From Marsupella aquatica (Eukaryota; Plantae; Marchantiophyta), in NCBI GenBank assembly GCA_973895155.1, contig OZ316892.1, positions 26,869,233 to 26,933,232 on the forward strand: a stretch of 64,000 bases of DNA, in the 5' to 3' direction. The position numbers and the translations under genes were made by a program. Positions 24,431-36,772 of this stretch are shown piece after piece. The notes under the pieces were generated by a model, which saw only the letters and a program-made list of their open reading frames with translations, was not told where the DNA came from and made no database searches. The first letter of the stretch is position 1. Every line of letters starts with the position of its first letter.

Positions 24431-26225
24431 TATCTACCTGTTCCAGAACAAAAACTGTAAGCCTAAATATAAACTGTAAGCCTATGAATAATAGAAAAGG
24501 CAAAACACAAACTGCAAACTACAAATGCAGTGAGCGAGGCGACATTATCTGCGGGAAATCCAACAGTGGTGCAACATTGAGGTCAATACTGATGTTCATG
24601 TCTACATCCCTACCACCCCCTCCAAGATTCATAACACGATGTGGAACTATAAAGTATACCTGAGCACTCCTGCGCGCTCCACTGTTTGTGCACTCCTGCG
24701 CGCTCTGACCACTGTTTGTGCACTCCTGCGCGCTCCACTGTTCGCGCACTCCGATCCAATGCTTCAGGCCCAGCCAAGCCTGCGGTCTCTGATCCAATGC
24801 TTCAATGGAGCTCCGACGATGGCATGCCTGAGTGGGGAGACCGCAGGCTTTGCTGGGCATTCTCCCGCCCAGATTTTGAAAGGGACGGAAAGGTTCCGTC
24901 ATCCATGCCAGAACATAAACTCACGTTCTTTGGTTTAGCGGGCAGACTGCATTGGGCTTAGGGACGGGCAGCGTACGGTGGCCCACTAATCTTGGACAAC
25001 ATTAACTTAATTAGCGTAGATTTAACTCAGGGTTTTGGGAACCAGGCCGAGAACGAGTGAGGGTTGATAGTAATGAATGAATCGTTGAGAACTATACCCT
25101 TCACAGCTAGGAGGGTCAGTGGTCTCTGCTTTCTCTCTGTTTCCTGTGGCTTTGAAAATAGTGTGGATAACACTTCCTTCTTAACACTATTTTGGAGCTC
25201 CTTCGACAAGAGAACAATGGGAAATAAGAGTGGTCCTTCTACCAAAGACCCTTGCTGCTGAGAGGGCTCCTTCAGTCCCAAGCCAAATTGAAACATTGCA
25301 CGGTTCAATCACGAAACAGGAAGGAACTTTGGGATCATGAACAGGAAGGAACTTTGGAATTCACCATGTCCCAAGGTTCTGTCACAGGTGTGACTGTTTC
25401 CTCTGATGTGAGCCTGTTGCTCTTAATACTAGCCAGAGTCAAAATAGGCAAAAGACGAAAGCTTCCTTCGTACTTTTGGTTAAAAAACTCATACAATGGG
25501 AGTTTCATTCATAAAGTCAGTTAAAAAGGGACTCTCGTTAGTGTTACTTTAGGTCTGAAAAGGCTTTCCTGCCAATTAATGTGGACAAGATGTACGATTT
25601 TGGGTCAGAGACACAAGACAGAGGGGCCACTGAATAAGGTGGTACCTTAGCTCTTATCAATAAATGCCCAATCAGTTGTTTTGCACTTATCACTTAGAGA
25701 AAACCCTTCTTAAGTGCACATGTGATGCTTTCTCACAAGCGTGTGCACTTAGAGAGAGCTGTATAGAATGCCACCGCTTCTCAATGTGACCACAGAGGTC
25801 CATAGCCTATAATTAGTGTACCACTGGACAGATACTGTTTAATAAACCAAATATAAATCTTTAGAATGTTTTTACAACAAAAGTACTAAAAGATTTTCCT
25901 GGGATATTCCTTTGCTCTGTTGAGCACGTGCCCAAATATTCCTATGACACCGCTTTATAGATATCCTAGAACCAATCTTTCTCCAAGTAGGGACCACATA
26001 TGGAATCATTATTTTTCTCTGATTTGAATGCCTAATTTTCTTGTTGCGAATGTTTGATTGATTAATTTTTTGTTAAGGGAACGAGAACTTGAAAATTTAT
26101 CCACTAATATGGAAGGAGATACAACTATTCCTTGTCAAGTGGCCAGTGATACAATTCCTACTGGACACAAATCAATTCGTACAAGGATTCTCTTAGTGGG
26201 TCCAGAATGCAATACCCTATCTCAA

Positions 26226-26269
26226 GTGAAGGGAGCTCCACACATGTGTATGTGTGGAGCTCCCTTCAC
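26226..26269. repeat. Perfect hairpin: 20-bp stem, 4-nt loop
   Basis: GTGAAGGGAGCTCCACACAT-gtgt-ATGTGTGGAGCTCCCTTCAC. Confidence 0.9.
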
Positions 26270-28109
26270 GTGCCTTCTCATTCTGATTCCTTTTTTTTCC
26301 CTCTTCACTGTCTTTGGAATCTTGTCTCTTGGTATGGTGCCTCTGTATATTTTGCCAAAGAAAGAATCAATTTGTTGTCTTAACATGTATATTAATGTTG
26401 TAAATAGCCTTCACAATAAGCTGGGACCTTCTTGCATGGATGCTCTGAAGAAATTTTTTCTGAAGTATTAAATAAGGATCTTTCCATGCCCTCACAACAA
26501 CTCTAGAAAATACCATGGTATTTGGCGTCAGTTGCTCAGTCTATAGAGGGCTCAGGTATTAAGTATCCTTTGTCTGGCCCTTTGTTAGGCCGAGGCAGTT
26601 CATTTCTAGGGCCTCCAGCCAAATCTCTCTTTGTGACCTGGTAAGTTTGTTTGTTCAGTAGGGCTCTTACTAGATCTTTTGCCGTTCAGACTCTTCGACT
26701 TTTTGGCTCTTAGGCTTTTTGACTTATTGGTATTCCTTGGAATTTTGTTTACTTTCCCCCCTTTATTTGATTTCTTGTATAAGGCTGTCTCCCGGTCTGG
26801 TGTTTTTGGTTCTTTGGTATTGTGATATATACTTATAGGTACCAAGGATTTTATCACGAGAAGTTGTTTTGGTCTTCATTGTTATCATGGTGGTGCACTC
26901 AAGGTATGGGATTGAGGATGATTAGAGGTGGCGCATCGTAAACTAAAGTTGTTTTCAGAAACGCATTTTCTACGTCACCTATGCTTACCCCTTTACAAGC
27001 CAGAAGGTTAGTTAATTGTGGAGGTCAATTTAAAGGATTCCTCAGAAGGAAGGGTAGGGTACTCCAACACCTAGTGTGGTCCCGACAAGACCACCTGAAT
27101 GAATCAACTCCTGAACAACGTCGAATAGTGACATAAAGTGGTCCCTAGACCCTTGGCCCACTCTCCAATGACAGCTCCAGTCCAATACCAAAGCACGTGT
27201 GCACGTCACTTGTTGTGCCGTTGTTGGGGACTCTTAGGCTTTTTTGGGTTATTTGGCCTTCCCTGGTTTTTCCCTTTGTTTTCTCTGCTTTATTACGTCT
27301 CCATGTTTGGCACCTTTTGTTCTTTGGCGGTGTGATATCTGTAAGCTCAAAGAGCCCTAATGTGAGGCCTTACATGTCATTTTTTAAACTCTAAAAGACT
27401 TCTATACTGATAAATCAGTGTTTACATAAAAATGTTTGAAACATTTCCGAGACAAACATACCAAGACAAACATACCCAAGTCTACCATTCATGATCCACT
27501 TCCATAGAAAGTAGATATAGGCCCTAATTTCTCTATTAAGTACTACAATACAAGGTTGCGCCATTTTATAGAGTGGTCGTCTTTCAAATTTGCAGTGTAC
27601 TTTAAATGACAAACATAAAAACAAGTAAGCAAAGATAAGGAATAAAGCAAAAAGTACATTTAATGTAGTGTGAATGAAAATGAAGGATGAAAATGAAGGG
27701 CGCTGTTTCCAAGCAAGAAGAGATCACACAACACAAAGAAAATGAGGAGTGACTATCAATGCACTAGGGTCAAGTAGACTTCCCTTTACAAACTCAATAA
27801 AAAAATGTGAATTAATAGTAACCCTTTACTGAAAATTTATTCCCCTGACAAAGTAGTCAGATCCATCATACCCCTTTAAATCTCAATTGCCTCCTGCCCA
27901 AACTTGACCAAGATGAAAATATAATTAAAAAAATGTAATTATTAAAATTGGATATTAAATTTTAATTTTTGGAAAAAATAAAAAATATATATATTTATTT
28001 ATTTCAATATTTAAAACAAAAATATATATTTATTTCTATCACTTGGTTGTGCTTGGACCTGCAAGCACTCGATGTTATCTCACGTCTCCAATTTTTATGT
28101 GTAACGTGG

Positions 28110-28925
28110 TTTATTGAACATCACCACAATTTTACCTTACCTTGATAACTTTACTCATCTCACTAATTTGTTCTCACATTGGCATCTTTATCTCACCACA
28201 AACATTTTTTATCACCCTCAACATTTTTTCTCTCCTCGACATCTTTTACTCATCTTTACATCTGTTTTTCACCTCACCATCTTTTCTCACTTCAACCTCT
28301 TACCTTTTTTCTCACCTTGACATATATATACATCTCATTCCAACATCTTTCCCTCACCTCAAATTTTTTTTCTCTCCCTCACATCTTTTTCTCATCTTTA
28401 AATATTTTCCTCGCCTTGACATCTCTTTCTCTCATGAATTTCTTTTCACACTGACTTCTTTTTCTCACCTCCACATCTCTTCTCTCATTCACATCTCTTT
28501 CACCTTGACATCTTTTTGTCACCTCAACATCTTTTCTGCAACACACGGGCATTGGGCTGTATAGAATAAAACAATAACTACCCAAAACTTGAGATGTAAC
28601 CCTCATTTTCTCAGCGAAAAGGCAGCCAAGCCATTTTGTTGTCCCAAGGGGTCTTGGCATTGGGGCGACCAAAGCCAAGACATTAAACTTCATGACATCT
28701 TGGGCGACACAACATATTTTCTCTTCACGATATCTTGGGTGACATGACATCATTTTTCTTCACAACATCTTGGGCAACACAATTTATTTTTCCTTCATGA
28801 CATCTTGGGCGACACAACATGTTTTTCCTTCATGACATCTTTTCTCTTCACAACATCTTGGGTGACATAATCTCTTTGGGAATCTCTTTTTTCTTCACAA
28901 CATCTTGGGCGACACGACATCTTTT
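28110..28925. repeat. Degenerate pyrimidine-rich repeats (CTCACCTYRACATCTTT) followed by ~35-bp CATCTTGGGCGACACAAC units (28695-28925); probable TE remnant
   Basis: Recurring ACATCTT/CTCACC blocks, and about six (A/T)ATCTTGGG(C/T)(G/A)ACA units. Confidence 0.65.
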
Positions 28926-29949
28926 GTGCAACGCACAAGTATTGAGCTTGTCAATATATATTTTTGGATATTTCAATTGTGCTTGCGAGTAGGGAACATG
29001 CATCAGGACTTTGGGTAGGGGAGCCCTTCCTTTGCATCCGCAAGGGTATAATTCAAGATAGCCCCATCAGATATCTATCTTGTGAGTGAAACCTGTATTT
29101 GGGAAACTCAAGCCCCCTAGACCTAAAATTTTGACAAAATGCCTGGATGGACTTTAAAAAAAATATCCATACATGTATAGTCTGCACTAACCTGGTCCAT
29201 CCAAGTTACATTGTTGTACGGTGGTCCATCCCAAGGAATGCATTGTGAGTTTGGGTTAGTTTCATTAATTATCTATTTGTGCATGGTCCTGATAGCCCCT
29301 ATGGTATTAGTGGCCCAAATACCCAACGCAACCCTATACCAACTCCCATGCCTATCCCTACTTACAAACATAGTCTAAATATTAAAAAATATTTTATCAG
29401 ATAAATTATAACCTATGGTTCACCCAACTAGTTTGTCAAAAAACATAAAATTTAAATTATGAATTATTGGCTGAACGTTAGTTACAAAACCCCTAGGAAG
29501 TACTTTCTTTAATCCTTGGCCCCACATGCGGCACATTAGCACAAACAGGACCAATGATGCTTTTAACAAGAAACAAACATGACTATTTGAAGTATTTTTT
29601 CTTGCTTCATGTCAAACACAAATAGTTTTAGTTACCATTAGTCAAAACCCTCCTTAACACAAGAGTGACACTCTATGAAAAATAGGATTCCGTAAAAAAA
29701 TTCCTTTGGCTTGCAACGACAAAATTACTACATTTTAGTAACAAGAGCAATACTCTATGAAAATCAATATTTTCCCCCTAGTTTCCTTGGTGTGAATTGT
29801 TCCATTGGTTCACGGGCCATTGTGTTGTTTGCTTCCCTTTTCTTTGGGGTTTCTGCAGTCCATTATAAATAATATTCTTGAGGAAAATTCAGTTCAGTTT
29901 GTTTTGGTTGTAATTGAAGAAACTTCTATGAGGCGCTATGAGTAAAATA

Positions 29950-31020
29950 TGAAGTGCTCAGTCCACACATAGTTTCATTGAACACAAAGGACTGATAAGG
30001 TGCTCAAACACTTGAAGGTACCTTACTTTTTGTCTTTTTTTTATTGAGAAATAAGGGCCACCTGTGAAGAGAGTAGGTTGAGTAGAGGCCGCATCTGAGA
30101 GAGTAGATGGATTAGGGAGGCCTCTTGTGAAGAGGTCAGTTGTGTCATTGAAGGTTAAGGGTTATGGTGAAAACGACCAGCTCATTTTCAATTATTTGAA
30201 GGAGCTTTGGTCAGCAGCTGTTATTGAGGGTCCACATTTTTTTACCCCTATCTCTATTCAGTTCAAAGAACGGGTAGTCAGGCTAGTGATTAGAGTACTA
30301 TATGACGCTAAAAGAATAAAGCCCCCAAATAAAGAGAAGCTTGCAACCAAGATCATTTGGACACAAGTAATCATGAAATAAGAGACAAAATTCTTTTTGG
30401 ACAAAAGTGATAATCTGAGAGGATAGTTATGGAGAGAAGTGTAAACTGTGACGACCAGCATCCAAGTATATTGTGTTAGTCCAATTCATCCAAATTTGGC
30501 CTGTCCATGGGGTTCTATGTACAACCTATCAATCCATAGCTCAGTTTCAGTCCTCACCGCCTTTTTTTGGGATCGGGTGTTGTGGCTCTTCAACTGGCCC
30601 AAGCATTCACTCTCCTTTGTAGGGCTGAGGCAGTTGGTTTTAGGGCCTCCTGTCAGGTTTTGCTTTATGACCCCCCTATGTGGTTTACTCCAGAGTTCTA
30701 CCAGGCCTTTCAATTCTCTGCTCAGGAGAGTGTTAGCTTTCATGACTCATTTATAGGTTACTTTTTGTCCTTGTGCTTTCTTTGGCTTGTGGTTGGGGAC
30801 CCTTTGGCTTGTTTTTCTTGGGGCCCTTTCCCCCTTTTTCCTCCTCCTTATCGGGTTGTTTTGCCTTTGGGATCTTGTCTCCAAGTTTGGTTTTGTTTTG
30901 CCTTTGGGATCTTGTCACCAGGTTTGGCCTTTTCTGCCTTTTCTGCCTTTGTGCAGTGTGATGTTTAAGTTCGCCAAAACAAGTAGTACCTGCTGTAGCT
31001 GCCACAATAATAAGTAAACT
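29950..31020 (+). mobile_element. Highly degenerate retroelement (LINE-like) 3' remnant; similar T/G-rich tails near 26600-26830 and 60915-61150
   Basis: Broken ORF-like sequence followed by a T-rich tail with GCCTTTGGGATCTTGTC repeats that recur at ~61130. No intact catalytic motif seen. Confidence 0.3.
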
Positions 31021-31941
31021 ATGGATTAATTAAAAAATAATGGAAGCATCTTGGTGTGACATAAATGCCACCTGCCCAAACTAAAGGGCAACCTGGTCGC
31101 TTGTAGTCCACTCTGCACTAGGATACCGGGCGGACCGCAATTGGGGACGGTACAACCGTAAAGAGAATTTGTGGGCCTCCGTCGCGTCTCCGTACTCCCC
31201 GAAAAGACATTCGACAAGACCAGTAAACCCCACGGGTATATTCCGTGACGAAAAGAAAAGACACCCGTGACGAAGGGTATTCTCGACCCTGCATTAAATC
31301 TACGCTGCGTTAATGCGCTCCAAGTTTAGCGGCACCCCGTACCCTGCCCGTCACGAAATCCAATGCAGCCTGCCCGTTCCCCGACGCGACTTCGGTTTAT
31401 GTTCTACCATTTTGATTTCGACCGCCACAACTGCCATTCCGTCCGTCGTCCGTCCGTTTCGAAATCGGGCGGGAGCACGAACCGTCTCCCCTCCCCTCCC
31501 CTGCCCCATCTCGATAGTCGACTGCTGTCGAAACCCTGCCAGACCACTCAAGCGCGCTTCCGGACACCGCCTGCACACGAGCTCACGGTAGAATGATGGC
31601 AGATTCATTTTCACGAGTGCTTCATTATGAAGTGTCAGGATTGTGATGCCACTACTTTCAACGTGATCGTCATTGCAAGCAAAGGGTGCGTGTGATTCTG
31701 CCATTGCTACCTGATATCATGTTATGCCACTGTTCATTTCCACCGGTTTCATTTCCCCCTAAATGTTTCTGGTATTTGTCAGTTCACATGCTCTTTGTCT
31801 TTGCGTTCGTGGTACTACTCTGCAAACATGTCGCCATTTAATTTCAATTGCCCCGAGTTTTGTACCAGAAATATTTGTCTTCTAGTTTATGTTCTACCAA
31901 CGCCGTGGCAGGATAATTGTTGGGAGCCTTTGCGTAATCCA

Positions 31942-34900
31942 ATGAGTCATGAAACATGGGAGTACGTACAGATTCCACCGGCTGGGAAATTTTTGTCGCT
32001 ACAGATTGTTTGGAGCCCATATGACCAAGCTCTCATTCCATGGAACCGTCTCACTGATTTTAAAGATGGCGAAGGCAGAAAGGATCCAAAATTTGAGAGC
32101 TCATTTCATATTAGATCCTCAAGAAAATCTAATTCAAATAACACTGATTGGATAGAATATGCCATCTTCTGGTGTTCCTATGGCCCACAAGAGGAAGACA
32201 TGCGTAGCGTAGCTATTCCTCCACTGCCTGGAACAAAACCAACATCAGGAGTTGGGAGTAGACCTAGATTACGTAAGAATGCATTCAACAACCATGCCAA
32301 GCGAGGATGTCAGTGTCATTTCATTGCGAAGAGGATGAAAGCCAACCCTGATGCTGTTCAGCTCTCCTACATAAACAAGCAAGGATGCATTCTGTCTAAT
32401 TATGCATACTCCAAGTCTGTTGCAGGGTCCACGTTCACATGAATTTATGTGCTACAGTTCAGGTTTTGCCTAATTTTGTGCACATAGTTGTTTTTACTCT
32501 CTACCATCACATTTTGTATGCAATGGTTTATGTTCTGTCTGTGTTTCAATTGCAGAAAGCATTGTAATCAAAGAGGGGACATTGTGCATGGCGATTGGGA
32601 TCCACAATTGGGGCCACCCTCTTGGGGACCAAAATGCACCATTGCTCCATGGTTGACCAGAGATATCCGGAAGCACCTTGAGGACTTATTGAGGGCAGGA
32701 TGGTCCGTCCTTGATATTTATGACCTCCATTGTCAATCGCAGTTTGAAAGAGATGGTGATGATCATGGACACAATACCACTGATCTTGGTGTGACACTAA
32801 CTTTCGATGGGAGAGATGACCTGGTTTCTAAACAAGATCTTCGAAACCTCAAACGAAAAGTTGACAAGGAGACCTGGCTATGGTCTGATAATGACCAGGC
32901 ATCGATGCGCAAATGGATGGGGATGTATCCTGAGAGAGTGCTTCTATCACAGGAGTACATGGCGGGCCCACCAGAGCAGGAATTCATACTTTCATTGCAG
33001 TCACCTTGGCAAAGAGCGCAGACGATCACCCTATCTCATGGATCAGTGTTGGCGTTAGATAGTACCTTTGCAACTAATAAATATGGGGTATGTAATTAGC
33101 ATAATTTCATCTCCTCAACATTCGGTGCATTCATGGCATTCCATGTCTTGTAGTTCATGTTTTGCCCTCTTCATATGTTTTCTTGTGTCTGTTCCTTCAA
33201 TTATGGTTCATGTTCTGCCATCACACCTATTTGACCATGCAGTCGACTTCATTTTGTGTCTTTGTTGAAGTTCATGTTCTGCCATCTTCATATGTTTTGT
33301 TGTGTCTATCCCTTCTGTTATAGTTCATGTTCTGCCATGTCACTACACAATGTACTTGAGTTCATTATTTGTCTTCTAGTTCATGTTCTGCCTTTCTAAC
33401 CCCAGTGCGGTTGCAGTTCCCTTTCTTCACGCTCGTTGCTTTTGATCAACACCAGATGGGATTACCCATAGCATGGTGCATCCAGCAGTCTGAATCAGCT
33501 GAGCACATCGCTACTTTTTTGAAGGCAGTAAAGGATACAGCCTTGGCGCACAAACCTGATTGGAGTCCTAGCTGCTTCATTATTGACTGTGCTCAGGCTG
33601 AAGTCAGCGCATTGAAAGTTGTCTTTCCCGATATCCCCATTTATTTTTGCAGTTGGCATGTTCGACGGTATGTTCTTCCACATTGAAAACATTTTGTGTT
33701 GCAAGTAATGTTACCAATGTTACCACATTTGTAACTCGTCGTATGAAGTTCATGTTCTACCCAACCCACTTACGTGTTTGTGTATACAGAGCTTGGAAGG
33801 AGAATTTGATCAAGACTGTACCAAATAGAACCAAGCTTCTGGATATGAACGATGATCTGGGGGATCTCATGTACGCCAATACTGAGGAAGACATGCAAGT
33901 TAAGTGGCGATCCTTCCAAGCAAAGTACCACATGGAACAACGATTCCTAGCTTATTTTGAAGACACTTGGATGCACAGAACAGGTTCATGTTCTGCCGAC
34001 CTCCTACTCATTTTTCCTTGCGATGAGTCAAGCATATTTCTTGGCAGTTTTCTCATGATTACAACTAATTATTGTTTTTATGCATTTGTGGAATCACAGC
34101 AAAGTGGATGAGGGCTGTTCGAGACATGCCTCGAGCAAACCAGAATACAAATGGTGCAATTGAAGCTTGGCATTTAACATTCAAGAAGATGATCAAGAGG
34201 AATATTGGGTCCATTGGAGCTCTGCGTCTAGACAGGGTTGTCACTTCTTTGTTCCAGGTTATGCTTCCTTTCTTTTGGTACCAGCTTCGGTGCAAAGCAA
34301 GGGGGAGAGTCATCAATTACAAAAAGGAAGAGGTTGTTCTCAATAGCCTCCACAAGGCCATGCATGCCATGAAATTCCACGAAGTCTATTTTCCTGATCC
34401 AAGCCTGCCCAACCAGGCAATAGTAAGAAGTGCCAAGCCTGATGGGAAGGAGCATATGGTTCGAAATATATTCTCGAACTTTCCTTCCTGTGATTGTAAA
34501 TGGGCGGATGAGGGAAATATGTGTAAACATCAGATCAAGGCTCTCTTATTTAGAGGCTTCGATGGAGGTGTTCTAGTACAACAATTAGGGTCCAGGTTTG
34601 GTACTCAGATGGGTGGCATTGACCATTTGGAATTGCTTCAACACGAAGAAACAGAGCCGGAAGGAGGACAAGCAACCGGAGTCCATGAGGACGCAGACAT
34701 CAACCAACAACCTGAACAGGTTCATGTTCTACAAATCTCTCTTTGTTTAAGTTTACAGAGTTTATTTAAGTTTATGTTCTACACTCATTCACGTTGACGG
34801 CGTTTGTTTAAGTTTATGTTCTGCACATGTTCATGTTGACGGCGTTTGTTTAAGTTTATGTTCTGCACATGTTCATGTTGACGGCGTTTGTTTAAGTTTA

Positions 34901-35614
34901 TGTTCTGCACATGTTCACGTTGACGGCGTTTGTTTAAGTTTATGTTCTGCCCATGTTCACGTTGACACAGGACCACTTTAAGTTTATGTTCTGCACCTTT
35001 GTTTAATATGTTCTGCCAATGTTTGTTAGCAGCATCTTACTGTAATTTTCTGTGATTCAGATTTTACAACACTATACTGTAGCTGTGAAGAATAGAGAGC
35101 CAAATATGAGGGCGGACTTAATCCACATCTTTGATCAGCAATTGGCTATTGTTGAAGGAGATGACTACCTCACAGAACAAGCATTCTTGGCATCACAAGT
35201 CACACTCACCAAACTCAAAGCTCAACAACAAATCAAAGTGCTTTCAGGGAAGGCCAATATAGGTCCTGCAGATGCATTTGTAAGGCCTATAGGCTGACAT
35301 CTAAGCGTCGCTTGGGGGTTATAGATATTTACCATGGGGGCAAGAGAGGGCACCGAACTCAGGCACCATCTATACAATATGATGAACGCCCGGTGCCATG
35401 TGCACTACCTTCAAAGCGTAAAGTAACTAGGGAATCTAACAGACAACATCTATGTAGGATAGGATTACAATATCAGGAAGGCAAGTGACGGCGAAGAACT
35501 GCTAATTCGCCCTTGCCAGTAGTTCCAAACCGTGTTATTCATCTTGGAGGGGGTGGTAGAGATATTGACATGAATATCGATCTGAATGTTGTACCTCTGG
35601 AAAATGATGAATAA
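31942..35614 (+). CDS. MULE-2 transposase (DDE + SWIM). Exons approx. 31942-32378, 32556-33087, 33417-33667, 33790-33982, 34100-34719, 35061-35614; core open, last exon damaged
   Basis: Same D-D-CxxH-E and SWIM (CDCKWADEGNMCKH) motifs as MULE-1; first intron appears GC-AG; 1-bp deletion near 35294 and CGA>TGA near 35486 affect only the C-terminal tail. Confidence 0.9.
34764..35010. repeat. Intronic ~42-bp tandem repeat (TTTGTTTAAGTTTATGTTCTGCACATGTTCAYGTTGACGGCG) x4-5
   Basis: Directly visible; each unit contains GTTTATGTTCT. Confidence 0.95.
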
Positions 35615-35739
35615 TAACAGAACATACCCCTTCGTTGTAACCCTTGTATATGTGTGCGGCAAAACATTGACAATGAGTCTTGTGATACAGATTATTGCGA
35701 GTGAATGCAAAACATGAATATGACTCGGTCAAAAGTACC

Positions 35740-36555
35740 CAAAACACATGACAGAACATAAACTCCTATGCCCATAATCCATGCCAGAACATAAACCCAA
35801 GTATGTTGATGACAGAACATAGACTACCTCATGTACATGTCGATGACAAAACATGAACTACTATGTACATGTTGATGACAGAACATAGACTACCTCATGT
35901 ACATGTCGATGACAAAACATGAACTACTATGTACATGTTGATGACAGAACATAAACCCATGACTTCATAAACTACCATGTACATGTTCATGAGAGAACAT
36001 AAACTAGGTACATGTTGATGACAGAACATAAACTACTAGATGCATGTTGATGACAGAACATAAACCCAGGACCGAACGTTGATGACAGTTCATAAACCCA
36101 TGACTTCATAAACTACCATGTACATGTTGATGACAGAACATAAACTACTAGATGCATGTTGATGACAGAACATAAACCCAGGACAGAACATAAACACCAT
36201 GTACATGTTGATGACAGAACATAAACTAGATGTATAGAACGTTGATGACAGAACATAAACCCAAGACAGAACATAAACTACCATGTGTTGATGCTCTAAC
36301 ATAAACATGTACATGTTGATGAGAGAACATACACTAGATGTACAGAACGTTGATGACAGAACATAAACCTAGGACAACGTTGATGACAGAACATAAACCT
36401 AGGACAGAACGTTGATGACAGAACATAAACCCAAGTATGTTGATGACAGAACATAGACGGTATGTACATGTTGATGACAGAACATAAACCCAGAAGTATG
36501 TTGATGACAGAACATAGACTACCATGTACATGTTGATGACTTGCAAACATAACTC
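35740..36555. repeat. Array of about 25 ATGTTGATGACAGAACATAAAC-type units with variable short spacers between the two convergent MULE-2 genes
   Basis: Counted by eye; core AGAACATAAAC with variants. Confidence 0.95.
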
Positions 36556-36772
36556 AGGATACAACTATTGTTCAATATTAGTGAAGGCATGACTGTAAGT
36601 GCGTTGGCGAACACACAATTTTGGCTACCATTCATAACCCATAGCATAAAAAGGGTGTAACACCATTGTGTCAAACTGTGGGAGGGGACAATCAACCATT
36701 GTAACACCATTATATGGAAAATTCATTGTATTGAGAGTTGCCAAGAGGCAGTTCACTTTACATAGGAAACGC

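Larger units (their letters stand above)
5959..25033 (+). mobile_element. MULE-1: Mutator-like DNA transposon, full length, with two nested LTR insertions
   Basis: TIRs ACCCTGAGTTAAATCTACGCT.../...AGCGTAGATTTAACTCAGGGT; perfect 9-bp TSD TTTGGGAAC (5950-5958, 25034-25042); internal MULE transposase. Confidence 0.96.

Noticed and set aside
35740-36555. CRISPR-like appearance (constant repeat with variable spacers)
   Set aside because: Spacers are short, of irregular length and related to each other; eukaryotic transposon context with no cas genes.
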